Positions 1 through 12,960 of a stretch of DNA of 64,000 nt are shown here, one piece after another. Each line of letters opens with the position of its first letter. Position 1 is the stretch's first letter. Origin of the DNA: Macrostomum lignano (lineage: Eukaryota). The notes under the pieces are model-generated. The model made no database searches and was not told where the DNA came from. It was given only the letters and a program-made list of their open reading frames with translations. Made by a program: the position numbers and the translations under genes. The DNA is taken from contig NIVC01003718.1 of the NCBI GenBank assembly GCA_002269645.1, positions 1 through 64,000 of the forward strand, read 5' to 3'.

Positions 1-1465
1 GCACAGAAACAATGCAAAATGGCATATAAAGCTACACACAGATTGTCTCTCAATTTTTTTTATGGTACATTTGCTATGCTATGACCCCTTCTTGACTATG
101 GTTACTGATTGTTTTTTAAAAATAAATTCTATAGTAATATAGTGTAGGCCCTATTATAATTCTATACTATATCTAGTCTAATAATAGTCAACAACAACAA
201 CAACTAGTCCTACTCTAGCTCAACTTGACTACTCAAGTTCAAAATGGTTACTGGTCAGATTAGATTTGTGATGAGACATTTTGGTGGCAAGTTTAGACAC
301 TGGTGACAAGTTCACAGTGATTTGTTGTTACTATTTATGTCTATGTCTATACTATAGCCTAGTAGGCCTAGTCATATAGGCCTATTATTATTCTTTAGTC
401 ATTTAGATGTTGCTATTGTTGCATAATAATTGGGCCCTATAACTAAGTTTACTAAGCTATCAGTTGCATATCTGCCTATTGTAGGTAGGTATAATCAATT
501 ATTATTATAATATAAAGTTATATAGCAATTACTTTCAATGTTTAATTAATCTTCTAGTTCCACCTTTGAGCCAATGAATAGGCCCCTATAAGTCTTATGC
601 CATGAATGCCCTAAAAACCACATGCCTTTTTCTTCTCTTTTTCTCCTCGATATATAAGGTAGTTATAGGAGCCATTTATATGATATTTAGGCCCTGATAT
701 TTATTATTTATGCAGCATAAAAGAAAGTAGTTTTCTTTAGGTTCTTTATCTTTTTCTGTAAGAAGCGGACAATTCTTGCCCTATCAAATTTTATCCATCT
801 GTTTTAATCTATTCAAGCTCTAATGCTCTCTAATGTGTGTATTTAATATTTAGGTGTCTTGTATTTTCAGTCTAATTCAAACCAATTTAATCAATTTGAT
901 TTGAATATAAAAGTTATTCAAAAAGCTTTAGCAACTAGGCTTAGCTGTTGAAATGCAAAAAGAGAGTTAGATTGAAAAATATTGCTTTTAAAGTCTATAT
1001 AACTAGAGTCCTAGACAATATGTTTTGTATATATTTGATGCCTTTTTTATTCAAGAATAAAATACAGAATTTTACTCAATAACTGAATTGAAACTATCAT
1101 CCTATGAGCATCTTGGTCAGTTTTGGAGCTACACAGAGCCAAATCTAGGTTGTAGGGTAGGTGACAAACAGTTTTTTAGTTGGTTCTATATCTAAAATGT
1201 AGTTTGTCATTGCTGCAATGTGACTTGAGGCTAATGCTTTTCCTTCTGATATTAAATAATTCAGTTTATTGTGCAACTGCATGTAAATCTGAACTATTTA
1301 AAAAATACATCAAATTTTTATTTTATTTCTGAATAATTATGCTTGCAATTTTTTTTCATGTTAATCAAAATGTCCTGTATATAAATGTTTTAAAGAGAAT
1401 TTAAATTGTCAATAAAAATAAAATTTTCCAACTCTCTGATATCTGTGCAGCTCAAGGCAGTTTCA

Positions 1466-4400
1466 ATGCCAGACAATGGATATGAGAATGGGAGTCTGGA
1501 ATCTTCATCTATTGTTATGCTAACACGCCAACGAAGATCAAATAGAATAGCCAGTCAGCCGCAGCAGCATCAACACCTGCAAGAAGAAGAGTTAACCCAA
1601 GCAGCTCAACCAGACGCCACTAAGAATGAACCACAGCACCAAAAGCAGAGACGCCGCAAGCAAGGCCGACCATCTTCTTCTGCTGCTCAGGCTCCAGCTG
1701 CAGAGAGCGACACAATTATTACCAATCATCCAGACAGCCAATTGTCAGCATCGAATTTGTTAATCTGTTTCGACTGCCGTTTTGCCACCCTGCAATTGTC
1801 GGCTTATATGGATCACGTGATGCAGCGGCATGGATTGGCGCCCACAGAGGTGAAGCTGCATCGCTGTTTAGACTGCGGCTTTCTGTCTAGCGAAGCTGCA
1901 GTTCTGACTGAACACGTGACTGTCATGGGTCACGGGGCTGCTGCTACTGCTTCGGACAACCCTGGTTTGTGAAAATTTATCTTTAACCCGTTCGTTGATT
2001 CACTTCTTTTTCAGCACTTCAGATCATTCACTCAATCATTGAGTCACTTGTTTCTCTTCATTCACTTAATCCTCGAGTCACTTGTTTCTCTACATTCACT
2101 TAATCTTTGAGTCACTTGTTTCTCTTCATTCACTCAATCCTCGAGTCACTTGTTTCTCTCCATTCACTTAATCTTTGAGTCACTTGTTTCTCTTCATTCA
2201 CTCAATCCTCGAGTCACTTGTTTCTCTCCATTCACTTAATCTTTAAGTCACTTGTTTCTCTTCATTCACTTAATCCTCGAGTCACTTGTTTCTCTTCATT
2301 CACTCAATCCTCGAGTCACTTGTTTCTCTCCATTCACTTAATCTTTAAGTCACTTGTTTCTCTTCATTCACTTAATCCTCGAGTCACTTGTTTCTCTTCA
2401 TTCACTTAATCCTCGAGTCACTTGTTTCTCTTAATTCACTCAATCCTCGAGTCACTTTTTTCTCTTCATTCACTTAATCCTCGAGTCACTTTTTTCTCTT
2501 CATTCACTTAATCTTTAAGTCACTTGTTTCTCTTCATTCACTTAATCCTCGAGTCACTTGTTTCTCTTAATTCACTCAATCCTCGAGTCACTTGTTTCTC
2601 TTCATTCACTCAATCCTCGAGTCACTTTTTTCTCTTCATTCACTTAATCCTTGGATCACTCAAATCACTTACCCTACCCCCCCCCCTTCCACCTCAGAGC
2701 CCGCCTGTCCAGACGATAACTTGGCCATTTCAACAGGCACTGCAGTTGGTCATGTAACGCCAAAGAGCCGCGGCCCGCACTCTTGCACCAGCTGCGGCAA
2801 GCATTTCCGTCTCAGATACAGCCTGATGCGACATCGTCTCGCTGTGCACCAATCAGAATCAGCAGCTGCAACACCTGCGGCTGACACGGAAGCAACCAGC
2901 TCCGCTTCGAAGTTGGCCTGTCGAATCTGCTGTAAACTATTTAAATCCCAGCGCTCATATCAGGTGCACAGGTTAGCATTCCACGCCTCCAACACTGACG
3001 ACGCGACTGCAGCTGGTAAAGCTGCTATCGCTGATCAGTCGCTGATTAATCTGGATTGCCCAACGAATCCCGGAGATGACTGCGTGATTGTGTCCGATCC
3101 GGAACCATTCAAGTGCCGTTATTGCGACCTGAAGTGAGTTAATATCCTACATGTATATACAAAGTCTTAATGCACATCAAGCTCAGTCTGCAGAGTCCAC
3201 AAACAATCATTCACAGTCGTCCATGAACCAACCAAAAACATCCATAAACTATTCCCAATCATCCTTAAGCCATCAAGGAATCGTCCATAAACTATCCTGA
3301 ATCATCCATAAAATATCCCCAATTGTCCATTAGACATTCCCAATCGTCCACGAGCCATCCCCAATCGTCCATGAGCCATCCCCAATTGTCCACGAGCCAT
3401 CCCCAATCGTCCATGAGCCATCCCCAATTGTCCATGAGCCATCCCCAATCGTCCATGAGCCATCCCCAATCGTCCATGAGCCATCCCCAATCGTCCATGA
3501 ACCATCCAAAATCGTTCATAAACCATTCTCAATAATCCTTGAGCAATCAAGGAATCGTCCATGAACCATCCCTAATCGTCCATGAGCCATTCTCAAAGAA
3601 TCGTCCATGAACCATCCAAAATCGTTCATAAACCATTCTCAATCATCCTTGAGCAATCGAGGAATCGTCCATGAACTATCCCTATTTTTCCATGAGCCAT
3701 TCTGAAAGAATCGTCCATAAACTATCCCGAATCGTCCATGAACCATCCCCAATCGTCCATGAGCCATTCTCAAAGAATCGTCCGTGAACCATTCTCAAAG
3801 AATCGTCCATGAACTATTCCCAATAGTCCATGAACCATCCCCAATCGTCCATGAGCCATTCTCAAAGAATCGTCCGTGAACCATTCTCAAAGAATCGTCC
3901 ATGAACTATTCCCAATAGTCCATGAACCATCCCCAATCGTCCATGAGCCATTCTCAAAGAATCGTCCGAGAACCATTCTCAAAGAATCGTCCATGAGCCA
4001 AGCTTCATCACCCCTCTCTCCCGCCGCAGATTCGCTAAGAAGACGGCATTCGCCAGGCACGTGGCCGTCGACCATCCCGCCGAGCGGCCCTACCAGTGCG
4101 GCCAGTGCGGCCGCGGCTTCAAGTTTCCGCATTCGCTGGCTATGCACGCTCGCTTTCACAAGGGCGAGCTCACCTGTGAGCAGTGCGGCAGGTTGTTTCA
4201 CAGCGATCGCGAGTTTCACGAGCACATGGCGTCTGTGAGTACAAGATTTGTAACATTAATTCAAGATATTGTACTTGTGGAGGAATTTTTATTACTTGCC
4301 GGGAACATGTATAAATAAACAACAATCCCTGCATTAAAAAAATATATTGATCCAAAATTGGGATGCCTAACAATGACCCATCCCTAGATATAAGGATTAA

Positions 4401-5305
4401 TCCCAGATTGGGATGCCTAACAATGACCCATCCCTAGATATAAGGATTAATCCCATATTGGGATACCTTAAATCTAACGAAATCCCAGACTGACTGGTCA
4501 CTAATGTAGATATCCCTGTTCCTGATCTTGTGGATATTCAGCCCAGCTATTCACTTTCGAAAAGAAAAAATCCCAAAGATCCTTTCCCACCACAACCAAG
4601 GTGCACGAAGGCAGCCTGACATTCCTATGCGAGTCCTGCGGGCGCACGTTCCCAACCCAGTACCGGTTGAACCGGCACGCCAGGTCGCACAACCGGGATC
4701 GCCAGCTGGACTGTCCGCAGTGCGGCCGCCTGTTCCACCGGGCCGACAAGCTAAAACTGCATCTGGAGTGCGTGCACTCCGACCGGCGGCCTCACCTGTG
4801 CCACCTGTGCGGCCGGGCTTATAACAGGCGCGACAAACTGGCTCTGCATATTAAACAGCATCAAAGAAAGGAAGAACAGCAACAGCAGAAGCAGCAACAA
4901 CAGCAAGAGCAGCAGCAAAAGCAATCGAAGCCATGTAAAGTCGGTCGGCGACCGCGTAAAAAAGCGACCGTTGCGACAGAAGGCCCTCGTACGGAAGAGC
5001 CTACGCCTACGCCTACGCCGCCCACACAGCCGCATGTTCCGCCGCCGCCGTCGTCTCTTCCGACAACGCATTGCCCGAATTCTCCTCTAGGAGACGCTCT
5101 GATTAGCATAGCCAACGGCTGTCTGCACGATGACGTCATATCGGACGGATTTCTTCTGCAGCAGCAGCAGCAACAGCAACAACAACATCAGCAGCAGATC
5201 ATTTTCTTAGAATCATTCGACCAGCCGGAGCAGCAACACTTGGCACTCTATTCTCCCCTATCTGGCGCTTTCTTTGCCGCTAACGATGGCAATCTAATGC
5301 AGTGA
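1466..5305 (+). CDS. C2H2 zinc-finger protein (about 10 fingers, Q-rich C-terminus), 4 coding exons
   Basis: Exons 1466-1964, 2698-3133, 4030-4234 and 4601-5305, all with GT..AG introns and matching phases (1, 2, 0). Splicing restores fingers across junctions (CRYCDLK|FAKKTAFARHVAVDH; CEQCGRLFHSDREFHEHMAS|VH). Linkers resemble the TGEKP type (AERPYQC, DRRPHLC). The start codon is uncertain because an acceptor at 1450 suggests an upstream exon. Confidence 0.88.
2020..2665. repeat. 34-bp minisatellite in zinc-finger intron 1
   Basis: Unit gagtcacttgtttctcttcattcacttaatcctc; copies start at 2041, 2075 and 2109 and continue. Confidence 0.95.
3210..4005. repeat. ~21-bp minisatellite with longer derived units in zinc-finger intron 2
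   Basis: Core unit ccatccccaatcgtccatgag; degenerate at the edges; ends about 25 bp before the acceptor at 4029. Confidence 0.92.
4358..4466. repeat. 50-bp tandem duplication in zinc-finger intron 3
   Basis: gggatgcctaacaatgacccatccctagatataaggattaatccca occurs twice in tandem. Confidence 0.85.
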
Positions 5306-6642
5306 TGCTCTTTACTAGCTAGTTTCAAATTCCGCTAATTGATTGTTAAAGAACTATTCGATTTGGAACATCATTTATTAGCTTTTGTTCTGTGATAATA
5401 TTGTTTTCAATCTCAACTATCTAGCACGCATATTTATATAGTTAGCTATATTGTTAATTTGCTTAGCCTCTAACGGCTCTAATGTACGTGCGTACAATTT
5501 GAAATCCAATGACATGTAGAGATTTATTAAAAGCGTTTAAACATAATTTAAATACTTGAGCAAGTATTTGTGAATCTAGCTCGTACTAATATATAATTTA
5601 TAGTATAATTTAATTTATAGTACAATAATTTTGAATCAACGCGTGTTTGTATGCTAAATAGTTCTCTGTGTTTGTTTCAATAAATAAACAAAATTTCAAG
5701 GATCTTCAAAGGATTTGCAGTGTTCTGTTGCTCCATGGTTTAACGAATTTAATTTTACGGATTTATGTCAGTTATGCATGAAAATTGTTTTTATCTCTTT
5801 ATTCTGAATTTTTCAGAAAGCTCCACATTTGACTCGGAATTCAAAGCCCTAAAGATATTGTGCATTTAGATTGACATGTCAAATTAAAGTACAGACAGCT
5901 GTACGCTTGTATGTAGCTAGTAGTTCGAGTTGCATGCTGTCGGTTAAGAAATGAATTTGAGAATGTAGTTCGTCTTTGCGTGAAAATACATGCAGCAAAT
6001 CTTCTAAAGTCTGTCATACATACTGTAAATAAAAGTTCAACAACACACTAAATCTATTTAAATTTTTAGTCTGCAATAACTTATTACTTCTTATTTATAA
6101 AGCCATCACATGTGTGGTAGACCTTTGGTATCGCAAGCAGCTATCAGTAAATTACAAGTATGTTTTGTTTCAAAACTTGTTCTGTTCGTCGCTTCTAAGA
6201 ACAAGATAATGTTGCATTTATGATGGATCATTTTGAAGTCGCAAGTCAAACTGTTACCAAACAAATCACGGCCGGGTGCTATCGATGTATTTTCATGTAG
6301 AACTTCAAAATAGGGTATTCTGAGATACTGCACTTAGTTTGCATGTATAATTGACAAAATAGTAAAAAATGAGAAGAGCACAATTACTTATAAATTCACG
6401 GATTGTTTTACATTACCATTCACTAAAATACAGTGGTCCTTGTTTCATTTACTATTACTCATATGAAGTCAACTGCAGTGTGTATAGATAAGTGCGTAAT
6501 TATGTACAATAGATAAACAAATCATAAGTTTAAATTACTTCTTAAAAGTGAACTGAAGCGTTAAAATTTTCATATCAAAAATATTTCTTAAAACTTCTTA
6601 GTTTTTGTTTTTAATTATTTTCTTTTTTCAACTTTAGCAAGA

Positions 6643-6661
6643 CCAATCATAGGATGCCAAG
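6643..6661 (+). promoter_or_regulatory. ERSE-like element (CCAAT-N9-CCAAG) upstream of calreticulin
   Basis: ccaat cataggatg ccaag, 180 bp before the ATG. The ERSE consensus is CCAAT-N9-CCACG, so there is 1 mismatch. Confidence 0.45.
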
Positions 6662-6840
6662 CTGTAACACGCTTCCCTTCTGAATTTAAAAGTAGGTTTT
6701 TCAGCGACATAGTAGCTCGTACCATAGTTATCAGGTTTTCGGGTTCGACAACTGTATTTACTAAACAGTTATTTTCACAGTTTTTATGCAAGTATCCTAA
6801 CTTCTACAGCAGTAATATTTTATAATACGCTAGTAATATA

Positions 6841-8790
6841 ATGATCAAGTGGTTTTTTGTACTTGCGGCCCTCCTGCCATTTGCATTTTGCGAAGTTTAC
6901 TTCAAAGAAGAGTTTCTGGATGGTGAGTTTCGTTTCGTGTCTATATATATTACAATCTGTCAAAATTTTAGGATGATGAATACCAATGACTAATTTTAGG
7001 ATACTGAATACCAACGGGAGTTAAAGAGACAAATTTAATGAATAGGCTTTTTAAGACTGAAGAAAATGAAAAAAAATGATTCATCATTGAAACAGCACAG
7101 CTAATAGCTAGAAGATACTTCAAAAGTTTTTATTGTCAGACTTTTAACATTAATTTTAATGGAGAAAACTCTTTGCTAAAACACACTTTTTCTTAGACAA
7201 CTCATTTATCTCTGCATAAAAAATATAATGTGCAATATACAGCTGCAGCAAAAAATTCATTAATGTTAGCATAGTAGTTTCATTACATATTTTATGTCTT
7301 GTCTTGAATGCAATTTAGGTTTGTTCTTTTATTTCATAAAATTTATCACTGCCTTTTTAGTAAAGTAAAGTGAATTGTTTTTTTTCCTTTTAATTTTATT
7401 TTCAAGTTTCAATTAAAAAATAACTAGTTTTTAAACATTCGTTTGATAAATTTGCCTTGGATAAATACATTGACCAGGTTAAAACTTTAGCTATTTGACT
7501 TAACTCAGTGGACTCCAATTAACCCGCAGAGTCATGGCGTGATCGCTGGGTTGAGTCCACCTACAAAGGCGCCGACCAGGGCAAGTGGGACTGGAGCGCT
7601 GGAAAGTTCTACAACGACGCCCAGAAGGACAGGGGCATCAAAACTACCCAGGACGCCAAGTTCTACGACATCAGCGCCAAATTTGACAAGCCCTTCTCAA
7701 ACCAGGGCAAACCGCTGGTTATTCAATTTCAGGTTAGCCTTGTCCCCATCTGCTAAAACGAGCTTAAATAGAAAGCATCAAACTCGCTACTTGCTACTCG
7801 TTAGTAGGCGATAGCTTTTACTGTGATTAATATATTTTGAACATTAAATTACCTCAGGTGAAACACGAGCAAAACATCGACTGCGGCGGCGGCTACGTGA
7901 AGCTTCTTGGCAGCGACATCGATCAGAAGAACTTCCACGGCGACTCGCCCTACAAAATCATGTTCGGCCCGGATATTTGCGGTCCTGGCACTAAGAAGGT
8001 GCACGTCATCTTCAACTACAAGGGCAAGAATTTGCTCACCAAGAAGGAGATTCGCTGCAAAGATGACGAGCTGAGCCACCTGTACACCCTGATTGTGAAG
8101 CCTGACAACACCTACGAGGTGCTGATTGACAACGAGCGAGCTGAAGGCGGCGAACTCGAGGCCGACTGGGACTTCCTGCCACCCAAGAAGATCAAAGATC
8201 CGGCCGCCAAGAAGCCGGACGACTGGGACGAGCGCGAGAAAATCGACGACCCGAACGACAAGAAGCCGGAGGACTGGGACAAGCCCAAGACCATCCCAGA
8301 TCCCAAGGCCAAGAAGCCGGACGACTGGGACGACGAGATGGACGGAGAATGGGAGCCGCCGATGATTGACAACCCGGACTACAAGGGCGAATGGAAGCCC
8401 AAGCAGATTGACAACCCGGCCTACAAGGGCAAGTGGATCCACCCGGAGATTGACAACCCGGACTACTCGCCGGACCCCGAGCTGTACAAGTACACCGACA
8501 TCGGCGCCATCGGCTTCGACCTGTGGCAGGTGAAGTCCGGCTCCATCTTCGACAACGTCTTCGTTGGCGACGACCCGGCCGAGGCCAGGACCTTCGCCGA
8601 TGAGACCTTCAAGAAGACCGTCGAAGGCGAGAAGAAGATGAAGGAGAAGCAGGACGAGGAGGACAGGAAGAAGGCCGAAGAAGAGGAGAAGAAGCGCAAA
8701 GAGGAGGAGGAAGCCAAGAAGAAGTCGGAAGGCGGCGAGGCCAAGAAGGAGGACGACAGCAAAGCTGGCGATACAAAAGACGAGCTCTAG
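6841..8790 (+). CDS. CALR: Calreticulin, 3 coding exons
   Basis: Exons 6841-6922 (signal peptide MIKWFFVLAALLPFAFC-EVYFKEEFLD), 7530-7732 and 7858-8790. Signature motifs VKHEQNIDCGGGYVKL and IMFGPDICG, P-domain repeats (KPDDWD, GEWKP), acidic tail and C-terminal KDEL. Confidence 0.98.
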
Positions 8791-9899
8791 AAGCATAAGA
8801 ACATTGCCGTTAGCGACAACCGAGCCATCGACAGTCATTGTGTAAGCTGTTATGTACTGCCAGTGCCAAGTGCTTTGTAAAATCGGTTAAGTTCAAAATT
8901 GATCTATGTCAGTAATCATCATTCGAAATTATAATTTTACTGTTAATACTAGTAATAAAATATTTAATAATAATAGCCAAGTTTTGAATTGCCTGCAGCT
9001 GTGAGAAGGCCCTAGTCGAAATATTATTACGAGCGTACTTGTTTTGCCTAGCAACTGATATAATTGGCAATTAAGTTATCGTCGTGTTTAAGGTTCGGCT
9101 TTGCGGTCTTCAATCATCGGTAATTTCGTTGTTAGCTAAATAAAACTTTTGTTTATTTACGTATTGGTTTTATAGTTTAATTTTTCTCCGGCTTTGCATC
9201 TCGTGTCGTATTCTCTGCGCACTATAATTAAATTATAGTACTTTATAAAATACGTGTTTAGTCACAAGCTGTTAACTTGAAGTTTCTGAGCTGATTTATC
9301 AAACGCAAAGATAAATTGTGCACACAGGTATTATTATTTTGCTTATCGCTTTTGCACATGAAACAACGTTTATTATAATACTGTTGTCAGTTTCTTGTGA
9401 CTAACAACGGATTAAAATTATTGAGAATGAATACAGAAATAATAAATATTAATTCTCTCTGTATCACTATGATGCACAAGAATACGTGACTACGTGATCA
9501 CGTTTGACGTCTATTCTGTCAAAAAAGAATACTTTAAAAGCTAAAGATCAATTTTTTTGTATTTTGTCTGTAACTTATTTACACGCATGTACTACTTGTG
9601 CATTTAAGTAGTACGAGGTAAAATTAAAATCTTATCAAACAAAGGGGGGATTATATAATATTGTTATAAATTTTCGTCACCACCAAGGAGTGCTTGAGTG
9701 CAGCAGTCGGAACGCCCATTATTGCTCTAGATTGGTTCCATCATTTGTATGTCCAAATATATATATTGGTGCGTTGAGTGCCTCGTTTGAGTTCAGTGTC
9801 TCGACTAATTCTCGGATTCTATAGTTCGTTTAGAGAGTGCATGGTCTAGTTTTGTTTCAGATCGAGCGTCTAGATAGTTTGTTTTCAGAGTGTCTATTT

Positions 9900-11170
9900 T
9901 GGTTCCAGGGAGCTTGGATTGGTTCCAACGAATATAGATTGGTTCCAAAGAGTAGTCTAGATTGGTTGCAGAGTATCTAGATTGGTTGCAGAGTATCTAG
10001 ATTGGTTTGATGGAGTCTAGATTAGTTCCAAAGTCTCTATTTTGGTTTCAGGGAATCTCGAGATTGGTTCTAGAGTGTCTAGATTGGTTCCGAGGAGTCT
10101 ATGTTGGTTCCAGGGAGTTTAGATTGGTTCCGAGGAGTCTATGTTGGTTCCAGGGAGTTTAGATTGGTTCCAAGGAGTCTATGTTGGTTCCAGGAAGTTT
10201 AGATTGGTTCCAAGGAGTCTATGTTGGTTCCAGGAAGTTTAGATTGGTTCCAGAGTGTCTAATTGGTTCCGAGGAGTCTATGTTGGTTCCAGGAAGTTTA
10301 GATTGGTTCCTAGGAGTCTATGTTGGTTCCAGGAAGTTTAGATTGGTTCCAGAGTGTCTAGATTGGTTCCAGAGTGTCTAGATTGGTTCCAAGGAGTCTA
10401 TGTTGGTTCCAGGAAGTTCAGATTGGTTCCAAGTAGTTATGTTGGTTCCAGGAAGTTTAGATTGGTTCCAGAGTGTCTAGATTGGTTCCAAGGAGTCTAT
10501 GTTGGTTCCAGGAAGTTTAGATTGGTTCCAAGGAGTCTATGTTGGTTCCAGGAAGTTTAGATTGGTTCCAAGGAGTCTATGTTGGTTCCAGGAAGTTTAG
10601 ATTGGTTCCAAGGAGTCTATGTTGGTTCCAGGAAGTTTAGATTGGTTCCAAGGAGTCTATGTTGGTTCCAGGAAGTTTAGATTGGTTCCAAGGAGTCTAT
10701 GTTGGTTCCAGGAAGTTTAGATTGGTTCCAGAGTGTTTAGATTGGTTCCTAGGAGTCTATGTTGGTTCCAGGAAGTTTAGATTGGTTCCAGAGTGTTTAG
10801 ATTGGTTCCAAGGAGTCTATGTTGGTTCCAGGAAGTTTAGATTGGTTCCAAGGAGTCTATGTTGGTTCCAGGAAGTTTAGATTGGTTCCAGAGTGTTTAG
10901 ATTGGTTCCAAGGAGTCTATGTTGGTTCCAGGAAGTTTAGATTGGTTCCAGAGTGTTTAGATTGGTTCCAAGGAGTCTATGTTGGTTCCAGGAAGTTTAG
11001 GCTGGTTCCATGGAGTCTGGATTGGTTCCAAAGCATCTAGATTGGTTCCTAGAGAGTCTAAATTGGTTCCGGAGAGTTTAGATTGGTTCCCAGACAGTCT
11101 AGATTGGTTCCAAAGAATCTACGAGTACGAGCTATAGATTGGTTCCCAGCGAGTCTAGATTGGTTCCAGG
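9900..11170. repeat. 40-bp (2x20-bp) minisatellite between the convergent CALR and channel genes
   Basis: Unit gattggttccaaggagtctatgttggttccaggaagttta, interspersed with gattggttccagagtgtcta monomers. Confidence 0.95.
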
Positions 11171-11506
11171 GTTGTCTAAATTAATTCCAGCTTCTCCGGA
11201 TTGATGATATTATTTCTAAAAGCTTTCTCAAAAGGCTCTAACATTGCGGCCTCAAGGATTCAGGGATTCCAGATTCTTATTGGGTTCTTTGAAGGTTCCA
11301 GAGTGAGTTAAATCACGACGTTTAATTTTGTGGAGGATTCCAGTCAATCAAAACGGTTCCAGAGTTTGTCGATAGAAATTGATTTCAGAGATTTATAATC
11401 TTCAGCAACATAAGATCTGCATTCTGTAGGTATGTGTGAAGATTATTTCAAAGGCAGTGTTGTCTACATATTCGCCACTGCTTACAACTGCAGCATCGGC
11501 CAGGCA

Positions 11507-12960
11507 TCAGAAGTTTTCAAATCGAATCGATCGACTATTTGCCTGCGGCAGAATGTGCAGCACAATGAGCACGCTCAGCACTGTGCTCAACAGGTAGAAC
11601 TCGAACAAAAATCTGTCGATCACCTCGGATAAGTAGGTCCACTTCTGCTGCTCGCATTTGTTCCGCTGCTCTCGCCTGTTGCACACCGTTGCCGCCGACT
11701 CCGGCTCGTTGATCTCATCGGTCTCGGAGACTTCCAAGTCATCATCGTAGTCGCTGCTGCTGCTGCCGCTGCCATCCATCGGTGTCGTCAGGGGAGTCTT
11801 CTTGCTGGCGTCGTCAATATCGGACTGTCCTTCGTTCCTTCGTCGTCGTTGAAGTCTCAGCGCTGGTGGACTCGGCTGAGCAGCCACTTTCGGGCGGAAG
11901 CTGAAGGTGAGGGGACCGAGCAGGCGGCTGCCCAGCAGCCACAGCCAGGCTGGGACGCGCGGACAAGGGTCGTGGTGGCCTCTGCCGTGCACGTGGAGAA
12001 CCAGAGTAGCCAGGATGAGCGACAGCGAGTTCAACGTCATCACCATGTTGAGGAAGATGCCAATCAACGGTGTGGAGTTCGATTCCGGCGTGTTTTCGGC
12101 GATCAACAGCTCGAGGAAGTAGAGAAACAAGAAAACGTTCAGGCCGATTTCAACTTTCTCGGCAATGTGACACGGCAGCCAGAAGCTGAACATGGTGAGG
12201 ACGCACAGCATGATGCTGGGAGCGATGACCGTGTATGAATAATACAGAGCCTTGCGCTGGATGTGCAGCTTGAGCGACAGCACTGGATAAGTCAAATTGT
12301 TGAGCATCTCTCGACGACTTCGGCTGATTTTTATGCCGGCGAGTTTCAGCTCCTGGTGCTCCTGCAGCTTGGAGATGTCCACTCCGCTCTGGCCGTCTGC
12401 AGGCTCAATTCCAACTGCGACGCGTCGTAAGTCCACGAGGCGAACAGCACCTCGCAGAACTGATGATCGAATGGAAAGTACAGCACGTCGACACTGCAGG
12501 AGCTGCGAACTGTGGTCGGGATGGTCCAGAGCACCCGGCCGGAGTGGTGCACGCTCACCCGACTGTTGTTGTCGTGCACAAAGCCCTCGTTGCCATCCGC
12601 GGCGTTGTTGTAAACGTAGATGTCGGGCAGCCAGATGCTGGTGGCTGGCAGCACGGTGTCCCGAATTTCTGCAAAGTCAGCCGGCCGCCAGACCAGACGC
12701 TCGTCAACCCAGGACTCCATGACAACGGCATTTAAATGCAGGATCTGATTCTTCTCGTCCAGATCCATCAGGCGGCTGATCTGTACACTGAAGGTGACGC
12801 CTAGGACGGCGCTGGCAGACAGAACTGGCCGGGTGTTGGCATCGTATTCAAGCATCAGACTACGGTGCAGCCGGTCCTGTGGTGGCTCCAAAGCAGCAAC
12901 AACCAGCGTGAGCTCCACTAGCAGCAACAATAGTAGCAACGCCAAGCAGTTGAGCAGCAT
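11507..12960 (-). CDS. Intronless nicotinic-acetylcholine-receptor-like Cys-loop ion channel subunit with an apparent 1-nt frameshift near 12405
   Basis: ORF 12960-12346 gives a signal peptide, WLPDIYVYN, the Cys-loop CSVDVLYFPFDHQFC and SWTYD. ORF 12436-11507 gives RKALYY-M1, EKV-M2, PLIG-M3, the cytoplasmic loop and M4 (EVIDRFLF). The span is 1454 nt, one base short of 485 codons. No plausible intron exists at the junction. Functional gene versus pseudogene is unresolved. Confidence 0.85.

Noticed and set aside
7849-8838. 329-aa hydrophobic ORF on the minus strand
   Set aside because: It is the antisense shadow of calreticulin exon 3, caused by codon bias.
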